Notes: generated by a model not told the origin, from the sequence alone. A DNA stretch of 61,747 nucleotides, filler included, from Choristocarpus tenellus KU-1152 (GCA_964200185.2; 13 parts of 13 records of this genome joined end to end with filler, not necessarily neighbours in it), one strand, 5' to 3'. Shown: positions 38,361 through 52,140, numbered from the whole stretch's first letter. Translations and numbers: made by a program.

Positions 38361-38849
38361 ATCATCACCCTCATTTTTGAATAACGCTGCCAATCGGCAA
38401 ACTCGCGCAAAACTCCAAGTTATTGTTTTCTTTCCCGAATCAACGTCGGCCATGCACCCATTGCTTGTTGCAGGAATAGGTAGCACATGTACTATATGCA
38501 TGATCTCCCCCAACTCATAATAATCGGCCTCTGTTTGCCACTGGCGACAGACTGCCCCCTCCTGCCCCTTGCTAACCCATACACTAAACATGCAATAGAC
38601 ATCATTGACCCATTATGTCACATCTGTGCCCTCCCCTCACATCGACACCACGTGCCACATGATAATCGCACATGCACACTTCATAATCGACCGCACAACG
38701 TCCCTGCACACTTACAATCATCTCGCCCTCTATTTTTCAGAAGTCTGCCAAGCGTCAAACTAACCCAAAACTCTAAGTTATTGTTTCCCTCACACATTAA
38801 CCTCTGTCATTTACCAAATTCTTGTTCCAGGAAGAGGTAGCACATATCA

Positions 38850-39091
38850 GAGCCAAAGTATCTTAGAGGGCAGGGCCTCGTCCATTTGGGGTCAAAATCC
38901 AATGTTATGATTTTGATGTAATTTTGGCTATCGTGTTTGTTGGGAAATGTCAATATCCTTGTTCCGGACAGACCTTTTCATGACTTACATATTTTACCTA
39001 CTCCGAAACATTTTGGAGTAGGAAAATGTCATAAAAATATGCCATGGGAAGTCAAGCCCCAAATGGACAAACAGGGAAAAACTCGTACCCT
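38850..39091 (-). mobile_element. MITE family A, one end eroded
   Basis: GAGCCAAAGTATCTTAGAGGG...CTCGTACCCT. Confidence 0.85.
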
Positions 39092-39307
39092 ATACTTGCA
39101 GTCATCATCCCAAAGAAAACGCCATAACATCGATTCGGTCACAGGACCCCGCCTTGGTGACCCAAAGTATCTGTGGGGGGGGGGGGCTACACCAGGGTGT
39201 CCATTTGNNNNNNNNNNNNNNNNNNNNNNNNNNNNNNNNNNNNNNNNNNNNTTAATTAATTAANNNNNNNNNNNNNNNNNNNNNNNNNNNNNNNNNNNNN
39301 NNNNNNN

Positions 39308-40615
39308 TTCCTCATCGCTAGTAGTCTACGCATTTTACATACATGTACAATGCATTCGATTCAGGTTTCAACAGCAATTTCGCTGGGTTTATCACCGTTA
39401 TCCTCTTTGATGATTTGGGAGATACTTTAACACATCACCCACCACATATCTTGCTGAAGATTCCCACTACCCACCACAATGCCCGTTCAAGACCACCTCC
39501 CACCACACATCCTGCTCGAGACTCCCACTACCCACCAAAATCCCCGTCCAAGACCACTTGTTGAAACACTAGTAAACCCCTGAGCTACCGAGCAGAGAGT
39601 CAGCTGACTGTCTGCTCGGTAGCTCAGGGGCTTACACCCACCACATATCTTGCCCAAGACCCCTACACATACCACTGAACCTACCCAAGGCCAACCACAA
39701 CACATCACAGCAACAGCTCAAGACCACCCCTACATACACACCACAGAACCTGCTCAAGACCCCACACCCCAACACATCACAGAACCTGCTCAAGACCCAC
39801 CCCCACACATCACAGACCCCGCTCAGGACCCACCCCCACATATCGCAGAAATTGCTCAAGATCCTCCCTACCACATCGCAGCACCTGCCCAAGACCCCCC
39901 CCCGATCCAACTACCCCATCTCCTCATGTCCAACACTTCTCCACCATTGTCACCCCAGACACCCTGGCTTCCTTACTGAGCGATCCATAACTCACCCGAC
40001 TCCTCCTGAAATCAACCTTCCCATGGCCACCTTAATCTCGAAATGGTTCCTAACCCACCACCTTCCCCCACAACCCCCCTATACCAGGAATCACGCCCAT
40101 CTGTCACCCTATCTCCCACTCTTGCCGCAAACAGCATTGCTAATCTGTACGAGCACACCATCAGGGAAGCTGTATTTCATTCGTTCCAGTACCCACATCG
40201 TCAGGGACATAGCTACCTACAACATCAACACCCACTCCATTCGTGTATGAAGACGCCATGGACATCACTACTTGCAACCGCAGAGCAGCACTTCGATCGT
40301 AGACCAAGACACCATGGACATCACTACTTAAAATCGCAGAGCAGTGCTTACTTAGTTCGTGTCGGCTGACGCCATGGACAGCACTACTTACAACCACAGA
40401 GCAGCACATTGTTCATGTATGCAGAACGTCATGGACATCACTCATAACAACCCCAACACTGCTTCGTTCGTGCATACAAACGACATGGATACCATGATCT
40501 ACAACCTCACCGCCTGTTCCATTCGTGTACCAAGATGACATGGACATTGCAGCCCACACCTTCACTCCACCCAAGAACTTCACATCCTTCATGTATGCAG
40601 AACGTCAAAGACATT
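39308..40615 (+). mobile_element. Copia LTR end followed by repeat-rich Copia-derived sequence
   Basis: TCAGGTTTCAACA LTR end at 39373; 33-36-bp repeats (HITEPAQDPPP) 39640-39900; ~59-bp CCATGGACATCACTAC repeats 40250-40610. Confidence 0.6.
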
Positions 40616-41379
40616 GTGCAAAATCGGACAATAGTGAAGTGTACCTTGTTTTGTGTATATGAGATTATTGGGTTGAATTAAATCCACGTGATGTAACTAA
40701 TGAGATAGTACATCCGGATTATATATGGAATTTGTTTATTATTCATTCCCTTTCGCTACTTTGAAATAGATAACCAAAGCACAAATAAAAATAATTAATA
40801 AACAAGGAGAAGACACCACACGAAGGAAGGTCACTCTTCTAATTTCAACCATGTCATCACGTTCAGTACTGGGGAACCGTGTGAGTCTCCACACCTTCTT
40901 ATGTTCACTACTAAGAAATAGGATTACCTCCCAAGGTAAATTTGCACAGACATCACGCACAACACCTTCAGCGCTTACTTCGTTCCTCCACGCAGATAGA
41001 ATGGACATCGCTGGCAATAACTTCAACCACAACAGCAACTAGCTGACGATTTTGAACAAGACTATCAACCACATATTTCCAAGATCTTTGATTTCTACTT
41101 ATTCCCCCAACATAGGGTTTCGACTCTTAGCACGGTGTTACATTTGTAATTTGTTTTTCGAATTGTTTTACGATGTCTTCACCAGACACATCAGCATATG
41201 TTTTATGCTATTTTCTCTTTGGAGTATTGAATTTAATCTGATTTCAACTTTCCAATTCTCTTATATTCTGTAGCTCCCCCTACTTTGAACTGCATTCTCT
41301 TTTGTTCAACATTTTTGATATTTTTTTCCTGTTCGTAGCCGTACGTCACACTCCTTCAACAGTGTTCCACTTCTTTCAG

Positions 41380-41901
41380 TTGGGGGAGGATGTTGAAACA
41401 TAGGCTACTCATCTCTTTGTTCCTTGATACGATACAGTTCCACCAGTCAACACTGACTGTTGATTGGTCTGTTACCTTCTGGACGTTACTGTCACTAGCT
41501 CATCATCACCACATCAATTACAATCAGAACACTGCAGTACAGAACAGTCGCTCTACGTTCCACCCGAATAGTATAGTATAGTGTACGTCGGTTGAGTTGC
41601 ATCACATATCGTTTCGATTTTGTTCTCTTGTTCTCTTGTTTGTTTTTCTTTCACTCTTTCTTCTTCTTATCAGCAGAGGATGACAGTTGTACATTGATGG
41701 TTGATTATTACTTCTTTCGTGACTGCAATTGATCCCTCAAATTGCACCAAAGCCACTCTGCAAACAGTTTACCAAACACATACCTGGATGTAATATAGTC
41801 AGAGTTAAAACCATCCGTGGAAACCCTTGCCAGCCAAGGTAACAAGCCTCTCCACAGAGTATGGACTTCTTTCGTTGCGTATCTCATGAAAGAAAACTGA
41901 A
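41380..41901 (+). mobile_element. Copia PPT plus 3' LTR
   Basis: GGGGGAGGA then TGTTGAAACATAGGCTACTC at 41391. Confidence 0.8.
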
Positions 41902-42456
41902 NNNNNNNNNNNNNNNNNNNNNNNNNNNNNNNNNNNNNNNNNNNNTTAATTAATTAANNNNNNNNNNNNNNNNNNNNNNNNNNNNNNNNNNNNNNNNNNN
42001 NGTGTAGACCCCCCCCGCCCCCCCAGATACTTTGGGTCTTACCAACTTCAAGGAAAAGAAGGGGCTTTTGACGCAAGCTGATATAAACACCTGACAGATA
42101 AACCCTGACAGATCACAGGGTACCGGACCTGGAACAACCTGGAGGTCAAGTCGAATGGGCTGTTGATACTGGAAAGTGAAGTCACGCTGGGCATTGAGAC
42201 ATCATAGTACCACTTCAACACGGTAAATTGAGTTTTCGCTCCGTACACCAACCGCTCAATTCAAACTGTAGTCTAGGTTGACACATTGGCAGAGAAGGCG
42301 TACAGCACATCATGTAGTTCCATCATCTGATGGGTCATTCCCACGACAAGCATCGGGCGCACATTACTGCTACTAGGAATTAGGGTACATCACGACTGGA
42401 GAATAGACTCCTTGCATTGGGTGCTCAAAGGCAAAAGCACATCGCACAACTGTCTC

Positions 42457-44345
42457 TGTTAAAACATAGGCTACTTATTTTGTGTGTTCTTGATATAATA
42501 GAGTATTACCAGTTCATACTGCTGATTTCCACATCGGTACTGGTAGTTGCTCCCATTTATATTATTGCCTCCTCGTCATAGCATCATCAATCAATATTAG
42601 AACATCATGGTACATAGGAAGTATAGAACAGTCGCCACCTATCCAACATACAAGCATAGTATGTGTCATATGAGCTACCACAGATATTGATTCAAGTTTG
42701 TCCCATTGTTTTTTTTCTTCACATCAGAGTCACCAATTCCATAGCATATGTTGAATATTCTTTTTCCCTGGTTGACATTACCCCTCCGCCAAAAAACATC
42801 AAGTTCACTCTGTGTTAAGTGTATGTGATACACAACTGGAAGCATTATATTCAGAGTTAAAACATCCTTAGAAACCCTTCTTCACAAGGTGATAAGCCTC
42901 TACTCAGAGCTTCATCAGAACGAATTCATCGGTGCTTTAACTGCACTATGACACCCCTTCTCTGCAAACCAGTCACCGCACGAGAAACACGATTAATTCA
43001 ATTTCAGGTTTGAACAGGTTATGAGCCTCAACAAATACACAACTCACACACGACCTCATCTTGTACTACCTACCACTTTCACCTCGTCAGATAATCCTAC
43101 CGCATCATCACGGAACACACCCTGAAACTCCCCATTGTCTCTGGCGACGATTCCTCACGGGACACCTTTAAACTGGACTTCGTGGGAATCCTGATCTGTG
43201 TGGCGCCTCGGGCCCATCGCGTCTTGGTCCAGAGCACCTCCTGCCCTTCCGTCACCATCACCCCCATCGCCACTACCACCATCACCTTAACGTCTACCTA
43301 TGCGGAAGACAACGGCCAGATGTTTGGCATAGTTCTCGCCACCTGTCACAGACCTGCCAAAGACCTCCTCCATGGCCTCCAGCAGCGCAATGAGACCATT
43401 CTCAACGATGGTCTCTCCGCTTGGCAAGCACTCGAGACCAAGTACGAAGCAGCAACCGAACAGCGGATGTGTGCTGTCCATTGCTGCTTCGAGCAGTTTA
43501 CGAAGGAACTTGACAAAGATCCTGATCAGTGGCTTCTATGACCGAGCAAAAAGGATTTAAGCAGGTAGGAGTTTTGCCCTGTTTGTCCGTCAAGGGCTTG
43601 GCTTCCCACAGGTTTTTTGAGTGAAAGTATCCTAGAGGGTACGAGTTTTGCCCTGTTTGTCTGTTTGGGACTTGGCTTCCCATGGGTTTTTTTATGACAT
43701 CTTCCTACTCCGAAATGGTTCAGAGGAGGTAGAAGTTATACGTTATGAAAAGATGTGTCTGGAACAAGGATATTGACACTTCCTAACAAACACACCATAG
43801 CCAAAACTACATCAAAATCGCAACATAGGATTTTGGTCCCCAAATGGACGCGGCTCTACCCTCTAAGATGCTTTGAATCTCTTATGCCCTTTTTCGGTTT
43901 TCTATGTGAACAAAGTTACCTAAAAAGCATAGAAAGGTGTGTCCGGAGCAAGGATATTGATACTTCCTAACAAACACCATAGCCAAAATTCATCAAAACC
44001 GCAACATTGGATTTTGGACTCCAAACGGACACGGCCCTACCCTCTTTAAATGCTTTGGGTCGTTCTACCTGACCAAGGCCAAACTGGAAAGCTTCGGGGA
44101 AATGATCAGCGACTTCTGGCTGCGGGCTGTCCCACTCATGGGCTTATCCACCGACTACGACGTCCTTCACAGCCAAGTCTGATTCCAGTCAGAATAATCT
44201 ATGGAGGCCCTCATCTCAGCCATTTGCGCCACATACAACAACGATCTTAACCTGGCTAACTGTTCGCCGGATGGAACCCCCGACATTGCCCTTACAGCAA
44301 AAGCACGTCCATGCTGCCACTGCCACAAACCTGGCCTCTGTGGCT
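42457..44345 (+). mobile_element. Copia 5' LTR (42457-43016), PBS and gag relic
   Basis: PBS GGTTATGAGCCT at 43017; gag homologous to 18330-19260. Confidence 0.85.
43544..44061 (+). mobile_element. MITE family A (43619-43879) nested in an older family A copy
   Basis: Outer halves 43544-43618 and ~43880-44061 flank a complete copy. Confidence 0.75.
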
Positions 44346-44661
44346 GAGCTGTCAGGGACGTTATAGGGGGAAGGTTTAATTGGTGGCCATAACTTGTGTG
44401 CAGGGGGGGGGGAACGTTCAACACCTTTCTCCTAAAATTGGCAGTGAGTGATGCGATTGATCTGTTACAAGTGTGCACTTATGTTTTGGTCTTGAAATTT
44501 TAGTTTCTTTTTCTATGTGACCCAAAGTATCTGGGAGGGGGGGGGTCTACACGAGGGTGTCNNNNNNNNNNNNNNNNNNNNNNNNNNNNNNNNNNNNNNN
44601 NNNNNTTAATTAATTAANNNNNNNNNNNNNNNNNNNNNNNNNNNNNNNNNNNNNNNNNNNN

Positions 44662-44828
44662 TCCCCCAGATACTTTGGGTCACCAGGGTGTCCATTTGGG
44701 TCGAAACCAGGAAAAGTGCACTTTCATTATCCACCCGACATGTGCAACCAAATTACCCAAAAATCGCGACAAGAAAAAATTGACCCCAAATGGACAGCCG
44801 CCACCCCCCCCCCAGACATTTTGGGTCG
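44662..44828 (+). mobile_element. MITE family B
   Basis: GGGTGTCCATTTGGG...CCCCAGACATTTTGGGTC. Confidence 0.8.
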
Positions 44829-44829
44829 A

Positions 44830-45870
44830 AGGAGAGCTCCTCGTTAGCTCTAGCACGCCACCGGAGCCGGTGTGGATAAGGGGCAAACGCATGGGCCTTA
44901 ACGCAACCCCTGGAGTCAGCATGCTAGATCCCCCGTCTGGAATTTAAGGTTACAGCCAGCAGATCCTAGGGAGGGAGGAGGCCCTGTCAAACAGTTGCCC
45001 AGTGGCGGGGTGCAGGAAGTTAAATGTCCACACACACGACATGCTCGTACCTGCCCCAGGGCAGGAGGAAAGGTTCGACAGCACACCCCCATGGTGAAAC
45101 GCCTAAGCCAACTATGCAAGGCAATGGGCGTCCCTTGCACTACGGAGGACGGCAGCCCCTTCATGGTAGACAGAAATCTCCGCATGGATCTAGCTTTCCA
45201 TGCAGGGGCACTGGCGGATGCTGGAACAGCTCCCTACGAGGACAAAAGCCTTCTGCTTGATTTTACATTTGCAGAAGTGCAGGCCACCTACCATCTTGCA
45301 CACTCATCCACCAGCAATGATGTAGCTGCTGCTGCAGGTGAGGCACGAAGGCACATTCACTATGAGGGCTCTTTCGGTCCTTGTAGTTATAACCTCAACA
45401 TCTTCGCAATAGAAATTTTAGGGTGACTCGGCAAGCAAGTGGAATGCTTCCTGGATGAGCTGGCTACACACATAGTAGGGGGGAGAGGAACCGGAAGATA
45501 TAGCAGGAAAGGAGCGGTTAAATCCCGGCTACGCCAAATTGTCTCAGTAACTACGCAAGTGACACTGTCTAGACGTGCCATGCTTTTCAAGGTGGAGTCA
45601 CCAGGGAGATGGGCATGGAGGGATTTGTTGGATTCTTAGGATGGCTCCCTAGCTCCTCACCCTGAGGCACAGGAATAGGTAAATTGGAGGAGCAGGAAGA
45701 GGCAGTGGTATAACATAGAGAGTAGTAAAAAAACAAATAGATCAATGCTTTTTACATTTCTGACATATTTAATTTCTTTAGGGCTTATACTGACATGTGA
45801 ATAGTTCTCATTGATTTCCCCCTGAACACATCTATCTGCAAAATGTCAGAGGGCATAATAAGAAGACATT
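44830..45870 (+). mobile_element. CRE-clade non-LTR 3' part with RLE domain and tail
   Basis: C..HARTCPRAGGKVRQH...RMDLAF...LLLDFT...EARRHIHY...FAIEILG*LG; 3' UTR ends AAATGTCAGAGGGCATAATAA. Confidence 0.85.
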
Positions 45871-47463
45871 ATGTTTCTAGGTTTCCATCATACGAAACTC
45901 TTTAACTAGTAGTAGTACATTGATTCCCACTACTGCTACTACTACTGCTGCTGTCGATGGCTTTTTCTTTTTAATTTTGTAACTCTTAATAACGCGTGGG
46001 TTGGTGGTGAATTGGGAGCAACCAGTTCATACTGTGTTTGTTTTTCTCTGGCTTGCATGCTGGTTCGTTTCCCCCCCATCACAATATCTCTCTGGTAAAA
46101 AAATATCAGTGGGTATATTAATAACGAGACAAAGAAATAACAATGTGCTGTTTTTTGAAGAGCAAAGGAAACAAAATTTCCACGAAAAAAAGTCTGGCGT
46201 CCATAAGGTTTGATCCCCTTGAACTCATCCCCGACAAGAAATTCTTACAAGGTGCGCACATACTAACGTACATGACCACAAGCTGGATGTTATATTTATA
46301 TTTGTCGTTTAGGGAAAGAATGTAACCAACAGACTTATTTTACTACTTCTCAACGACATCAGTAGTAGTAGTGGTGTTGTTATGTGGTGTAACGACAAGT
46401 TGTAGTGTAGAGTCTTTTACCATTTCGAACATTTTTTTATGACCATTTGCCCCTCAACTACTACTAATATTTTAATGGTTTTTCATTGGTTTTTCTCCCG
46501 ACACATCTACAAATGTCAGAGGGGAAAATAACATAATATTTACGAACACTCTGTTTGCATTATGGCGGCTAATTTTTGTGGCGGGAGAAATATAAGGGAA
46601 GTTGGAAGAATGTAAGGAGGAAGGAATACGTTGGGAACTGTCTGATTGGGTAGCGCCAATGCGGGCAATTTATTTTCGAAAATTCACTATGATTTGGTGT
46701 AAGACAAATATCATTGTTGTAGCCTGACACCATCTTCAGCCATTGCCTTCAATCCCTCACCACACAACCACTTGAGGTTACTACCCTACTATTCAAGTTA
46801 ACCCTATATCAACTGCTACAACACCCTCTTTAGCCAAGGGTGCACTGGTTTTTCATCTGCTGGTGACAAGTAAGGAGGTCAACCATTTCGCACTAACACG
46901 GGTGAGAGTAGAACCCTCGCCCTTTATGCTTTTCTCGAAGTACCTTCACCACCCCTCTGCTTCAAGTGAAGCTGGCTGGCTGTAGAGGTAGACACCACGC
47001 ACATTGCCTATCCCTTATGGAAGGAATGCCAACCATAAATTATAATTAGAGGTCTGCTGAGATGGTTCGAAAGTTGAACAGCGAAAGCTCAATTGAGGAT
47101 GTTTCCATTCGATTGAGGCACTCACCAAGCTGAAGCATTGTGCTTTAAGTTATCCATACAGTTAGTAGTATGTTAAACCATAGGTATGAAGGCTAAGTTG
47201 TGATGGTGGTATATCAATTGTCTTCTTTCCCTGAAGTCAGTCTTTTTTTTTCCTACAAGTTCATCTAGTATTTTAGTCGCGACTTGGTATGTTACAGCCT
47301 TCAGGTAGTCGTAAGACTGAAAATAGGTTCCAGGACTGATTTTTCCCCTGCATACGAGTCACGTTTTGCCCAAGTGGAGGAGGATAATGAAAAGCTTGAA
47401 TTATAAATAGACACCTGACTAATACTTCATCCCTTCTAACGGTGAAACCTTTGTTGTGTCCAG

Positions 47464-48302
47464 GTGACGCACTCTATCGCGAAGGGTTATTGTATCTAGA
47501 ATCGGTGGACAAAGTAAGAAGTATGCTTGTTGTCCACTACCCCTATAATATCCAGACGACGTCTGCAGGAGAATACATCACCAACATCAACGGGGAAATA
47601 GCGGCAAGAACCCCACCCTCATCTGTGCCTTCCGTCGTTCACTGTAACAATCCACGGCGTATTCGGAGCCCGTGGGCTCCCCCGCCAAAGAGGAATGCTA
47701 GCTACGATCAGAGTAACCCCACACATTTTCCAGGACCACTAACCCCTATCAGTAATACACAACTGATAGGTGCGGTTGATCAAGTTGGGGTCCATAACAC
47801 CGTTGGCGACTTGGTGAAACCCATCAGGAATTTCACTGCCAACAAAAAAAAGGAGAAGAAGAAGGTGACTTGGTCGAAGAAGGTGCACATAAAGGAGATT
47901 GAGCGATCATCTCGCCATGAGGTCCTTTCAATTGATCTGCTGTTGACGGAGATTGCTTTGGATTTGGCACGGGCAAGCAGGTCTCAGGAGATGGCTACAG
48001 CTGTGTTTGAGCTTCTTAAGTCACGACAGGAGGCAGCGACTTCTATTCGGGTAAAAAGTGCCAATGGTGGATGGACAGGGGACTATGAGGGGTTTGAGGA
48101 AATTGCAATGAAGGATGCTCTTACTGAGTCTTTTCTCTTAGAAGATTTGGATGAGCAAGCCCGACGTGTGGTGCCATATTCCCCCGATGAGAGATTCGGC
48201 TGGCAAAAGGGCAGTGATGACAGCACCAACCCTTCCAAAGTGTGGCATCTGAAAGATATGTACAGGACTGCCCGTCAACAGATGCGGGACGAGGAATTGT
48301 AA
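47464..48302 (+). CDS. Terminal exon of a hypothetical protein with an RVxF-like motif
   Basis: 279-codon open frame after CCAG acceptor; possible micro-exon 47289-47304 (MLQPS-G) in matching phase; KKKVTWSKKVHIKEI. Confidence 0.6.
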
Positions 48303-50009
48303 TCACAACAATACACTTGAAAAGAGTGGGGTGAGATACGGGAGACGAGGAATTATTAAGGTTCAAGACCTGCAACATGGCATCCCCATTCTGCAGATTG
48401 CTTGAAGAAAAGATAGACAAGAGAAAATGACATATCCAGAGAGGATATATAAGCCCCTCTGAATTATCTGATTGCTCTATTATTATTATTCTATTTTCGT
48501 AACTCTGTATAGAGAAGCGTCAAACATTGTTGATATAATGTGAGTAAGTGTAACGTGACAGTATGTGTTTCTGTCAAGGTATGACTTCGCCTGATAAGAG
48601 CAATAGAGTGATAGGGTCATACAGCACCAAAAATGCAGATGTTAGTGCGAGTGTGGCAGTGTGCATCTTTGATAGGGTGTGAATTTGGCGAGTGTAGGTG
48701 AGGCATAAAAGGAGGATGCAAAAATGAGTCCCAAGGATTTGCTGTGCTGCACCATTCTGCACCGACTATATTGGTTCGAGTTGATTGTCGATGTATTTAT
48801 CCAAATTGCATGGTAAACTAGACATACACTTTGATATAAACTTCCTCACGGGCTATTACCCCAGTGACGAGGCACTGTTTTAGGGAATACACTTCCTTCT
48901 ATTCATATACATACATGAGCACCAGTAATGATATCATTGCTTGAATATGGTCTTTCACTATTTGTCCCTATTTAGTGCCAGTTTTTGGTTCTTCCTGGTG
49001 CTTGCTAGTGGGCAGTGTAGACCAGGTAGTTGATGGGGGGTGTATGGAAATTGGTGTTTCGTTGCAGTGTTCTGTTCAATGATTAATTAAAATTGTTGAA
49101 CCTTACTCTCCCGCTCTCGTGGCGGTTGTTCAAGAGAATATGGTGCATCCCACTGCTCAACCATGTACAGCTTGTGTGTTGATAATTTTGAAGACAATAA
49201 TATACATTCAAAGCAATCCAAAATGTGAAAACTTCATTCGAAGCAACAGGGTATCCTTTCTCAAGTTTGGGGCATTCTTTGAGGTGCATTGCTTGAAAAT
49301 CGCGTCTTCATTAAACTCCTGCTTCATGAATGTTCACACTAAGGAGGCACATATTCCAGCAGTGAGTGGCATGAAGAGAATCGAGTTTGAGACTCCTTGG
49401 GCAATGCCTGGTTTCGAACCTACTTCTGTGCAAACAAGAGCTTGTATTCGCAATAAGAGCACAAACAACAGCAAACTAGGGATGTAAAAGGAGATCGAAT
49501 ATGAGTCAGTTCACCCATTTTCCTACGAGGGTGGAGATTACTGCAGGCTCGATATGGGGAGTGCCTGCATGGCGACAGTGTGAGGTTGTTGACTGTACCA
49601 TGTACTCCGGAGTGTGGGTATTGGAAACAACTACTGTTACAGAAATTCTCGTAGCTCTAGTTTTTCTGGTTTCATGCTCTTCGTCTTATCCCTCTCTTAT
49701 CCCTCTCACATGTAGGAGAGTGTAGGAGATGTCAATATTTTTTCATTTTCGATCAAGTTACAAAATCTTCCCAGCACGTAGTGGTTGATGTTAAAGTATC
49801 CCCAAAATCATCAAAGAGGATAAAGGTGATAAACNNNNNNNNNNNNNNNNNNNNNNNNNNNNNNNNNNNNNNNNNNNNTTAATTAATTAANNNNNNNNNN
49901 NNNNNNNNNNNNNNNNNNNNNNNNNNNNNNNNNNGTCGTTTTGAGGTCGTTGGATTTGAGTTGTACATCCTGGAAGGTGAGCATCGAGGGGCGCCTGTAA
50001 CATTAAATG

Positions 50010-51370
50010 TTTACATCCTACAATACCCCTCAGCCCTTTTCCTCCCTATTGCATTGGTGGCCAACTCATCCAAGAAATTCGTTGTTGCTTATCAAGGCTC
50101 GCTCACGACTGTCAACCATGGAGGTATTGAGATAAAAACATGAGAATCAAAAGATCCATCGTAGTGGGTGCACATTTCGTACCTTACATGCAGCAGCAGC
50201 AGCTAGACCATTCCGGGGGGATTAGTGAGGTAAATGACTGGTTGCTTGAACCTCCGCAAAAGGAACACCCAGAAGGGCATCTTTTTGTCCCAGTAGGGTG
50301 ATGAGCCAGCGTATGAAAATGCCCCAGTATGGAATACCACATCCATCCAGAAGCTCCTCTCCACTGTAAACAGGCTGCCATTCTCCATAGTGCAGGTGAT
50401 CCCCATTCCCCTGAAGATTGACCTAGGCACTTCACCATATGTGAGCACTGGTGTACTGCAAGGTGCGGGCATGTGAAGTATCAACATTGTGCCTATTATT
50501 TTTGGATAGTCTCCTCTCTTCCGAGGGAACTGATGGCGATGAGTTTATTCTCTACTGGAGGAATCTAGAGGTAGCAAAAGAACTTTCCATCCCCTTGTTC
50601 CCCTGCATCTGGTTGGCCAGTTGTGTCCAAAAGGGGTTAAAACGGATCCTGCTCAGAAGATGGGTGATTTTATGCCATGTCCTCTTCGTGATCCTGGCAT
50701 CATGAGCTGCTGGAACATGGGCCTCTAGGACGGCGGCATGTGTTTTTTGTTCCTGCTCAGTCTACCCAGACTTGATTAATAATTGCCGTCAAGTCCTCCA
50801 AAGGCACTCCTGATGAGAGAAGGGTGTGGATCGACGATCTAGGACCTGGACTTTGGGAGCTCGCACAAGTGACCTGGACAAAAAACTCTCTATGAGACCC
50901 TTGTTGCCTGGCTGGGAGGGTGGGGAGAGCGACCACTACCAGTCCCACAAAATCTCCATGCTGGAGGCGTTTTATGAAGGACAGGCCAAGGCCCCCTGAA
51001 CATTTCAGCATCTCTGCCTGCACTTGTTGGTGTGTTTCAGGCCGAATAAACATATTTTCACACATCTCATCAAAGAACTTAGCACCCCAACTCAGTCTTC
51101 TACCTCCATTACCTTGTCCAGAGTCCACAGCAAGGAGTTGTCACCTCATTCCATTTTGCAGCATTTCAGGTGAGGAGGAATGACCCTCACCAAATATCCG
51201 AAACAGGAAGAGAGGGACCAGGAATTGAAGGGCCTAGCAACTATCCTCCACTCACACAGGTATGTACCAATATGCATGAACATGAGATCTTGATCACACC
51301 GGCCATGTGGGCTTGCATAGATATATCTATTCCTCCAGATGTCCGTAGTGTAAGAAAACCATTTGAGGCC
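50010..51370 (-). mobile_element. Degenerate CRE-clade element
   Basis: QAEMLKCSGGLGL; MGITCTMENGSLFTVERSFWMDVVFHTGA homologous to the other CRE copies. Confidence 0.7.
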
Positions 51371-52140
51371 TGAGGTAGTGTTACAGGCGCCCCCGAAAAC
51401 TTACCTCCACAGGATGTATAGCTCCAATGTACGGGCTTATAGATGATACTGATGTACGTATAGGACTCCTGATGCACAAGTCTTCAAGTATGCTGGATCT
51501 CTCACTTGGATTAACATCAATATCATCGTATAAGAAAGGAACTGATAAACGATGTCTTACCATAATCGGAGATCATAATGACCAAATAATAAATAAATAA
51601 TCAAGAAGTACAAATATATCAAATCTAGAACTTCAATGTCATAATGGTGTTTATGAAACCGCCATCAAGACACATCGCCTGTGACAGTAGGTTGGTTTAG
51701 GTAGTAGCTAGGAATTCCAGTTTTGAGGGAGTGGTTTGGTGGTCCTGGGATGATGTGGCATAGTTTTTACCCATGTTTTGTACTATGTCCACCTCTTACA
51801 AGTCTGTCTTTAGGTCCTCAAAAGCCTCTGTAGAAGTGGAGTTATCTCCCTTGTGGAGATAGATATGTTGCAAAGAAAACTTAGGGAGGGACTCCTTGAG
51901 GTCCAGACGTAGACTGGACCTGTTGGAGAGTTTTGGCTGTGGATATCCAGTGGAACAAGAAGTTGGGTGTCAAAGGGATCTTCTTCTTCTGACGCTTTGC
52001 TTGTTTGGGAACCATTATTTCGATCCCTCCATATTGTTAGAAAATAATTAAATGGTATGAATAATATTATCCCTTAACCGACAAAAAATGGTCCCGATGT
52101 ATCCCCTATCACTCTTAATCAAAGTTCCACCGTTTGGTTT

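Larger units (their letters stand above)
36880..38849 (+). repeat. ~355-bp tandem array downstream of the transposase
   Basis: CAGGAAxAGGTAGCACA at ~37238, 37854, 38471, 38828; spacing 354-357 after removing MITEs. Confidence 0.85.

Noticed and set aside
40620-41380. AT-rich decayed coding-like segment, possibly viral or TE
   Set aside because: No recognisable motif in the frames examined; left unassigned
49395-49460. B-box-like GGTTCGAAACC on the minus strand (tRNA or SINE)
   Set aside because: No cloverleaf, A-box or second copy
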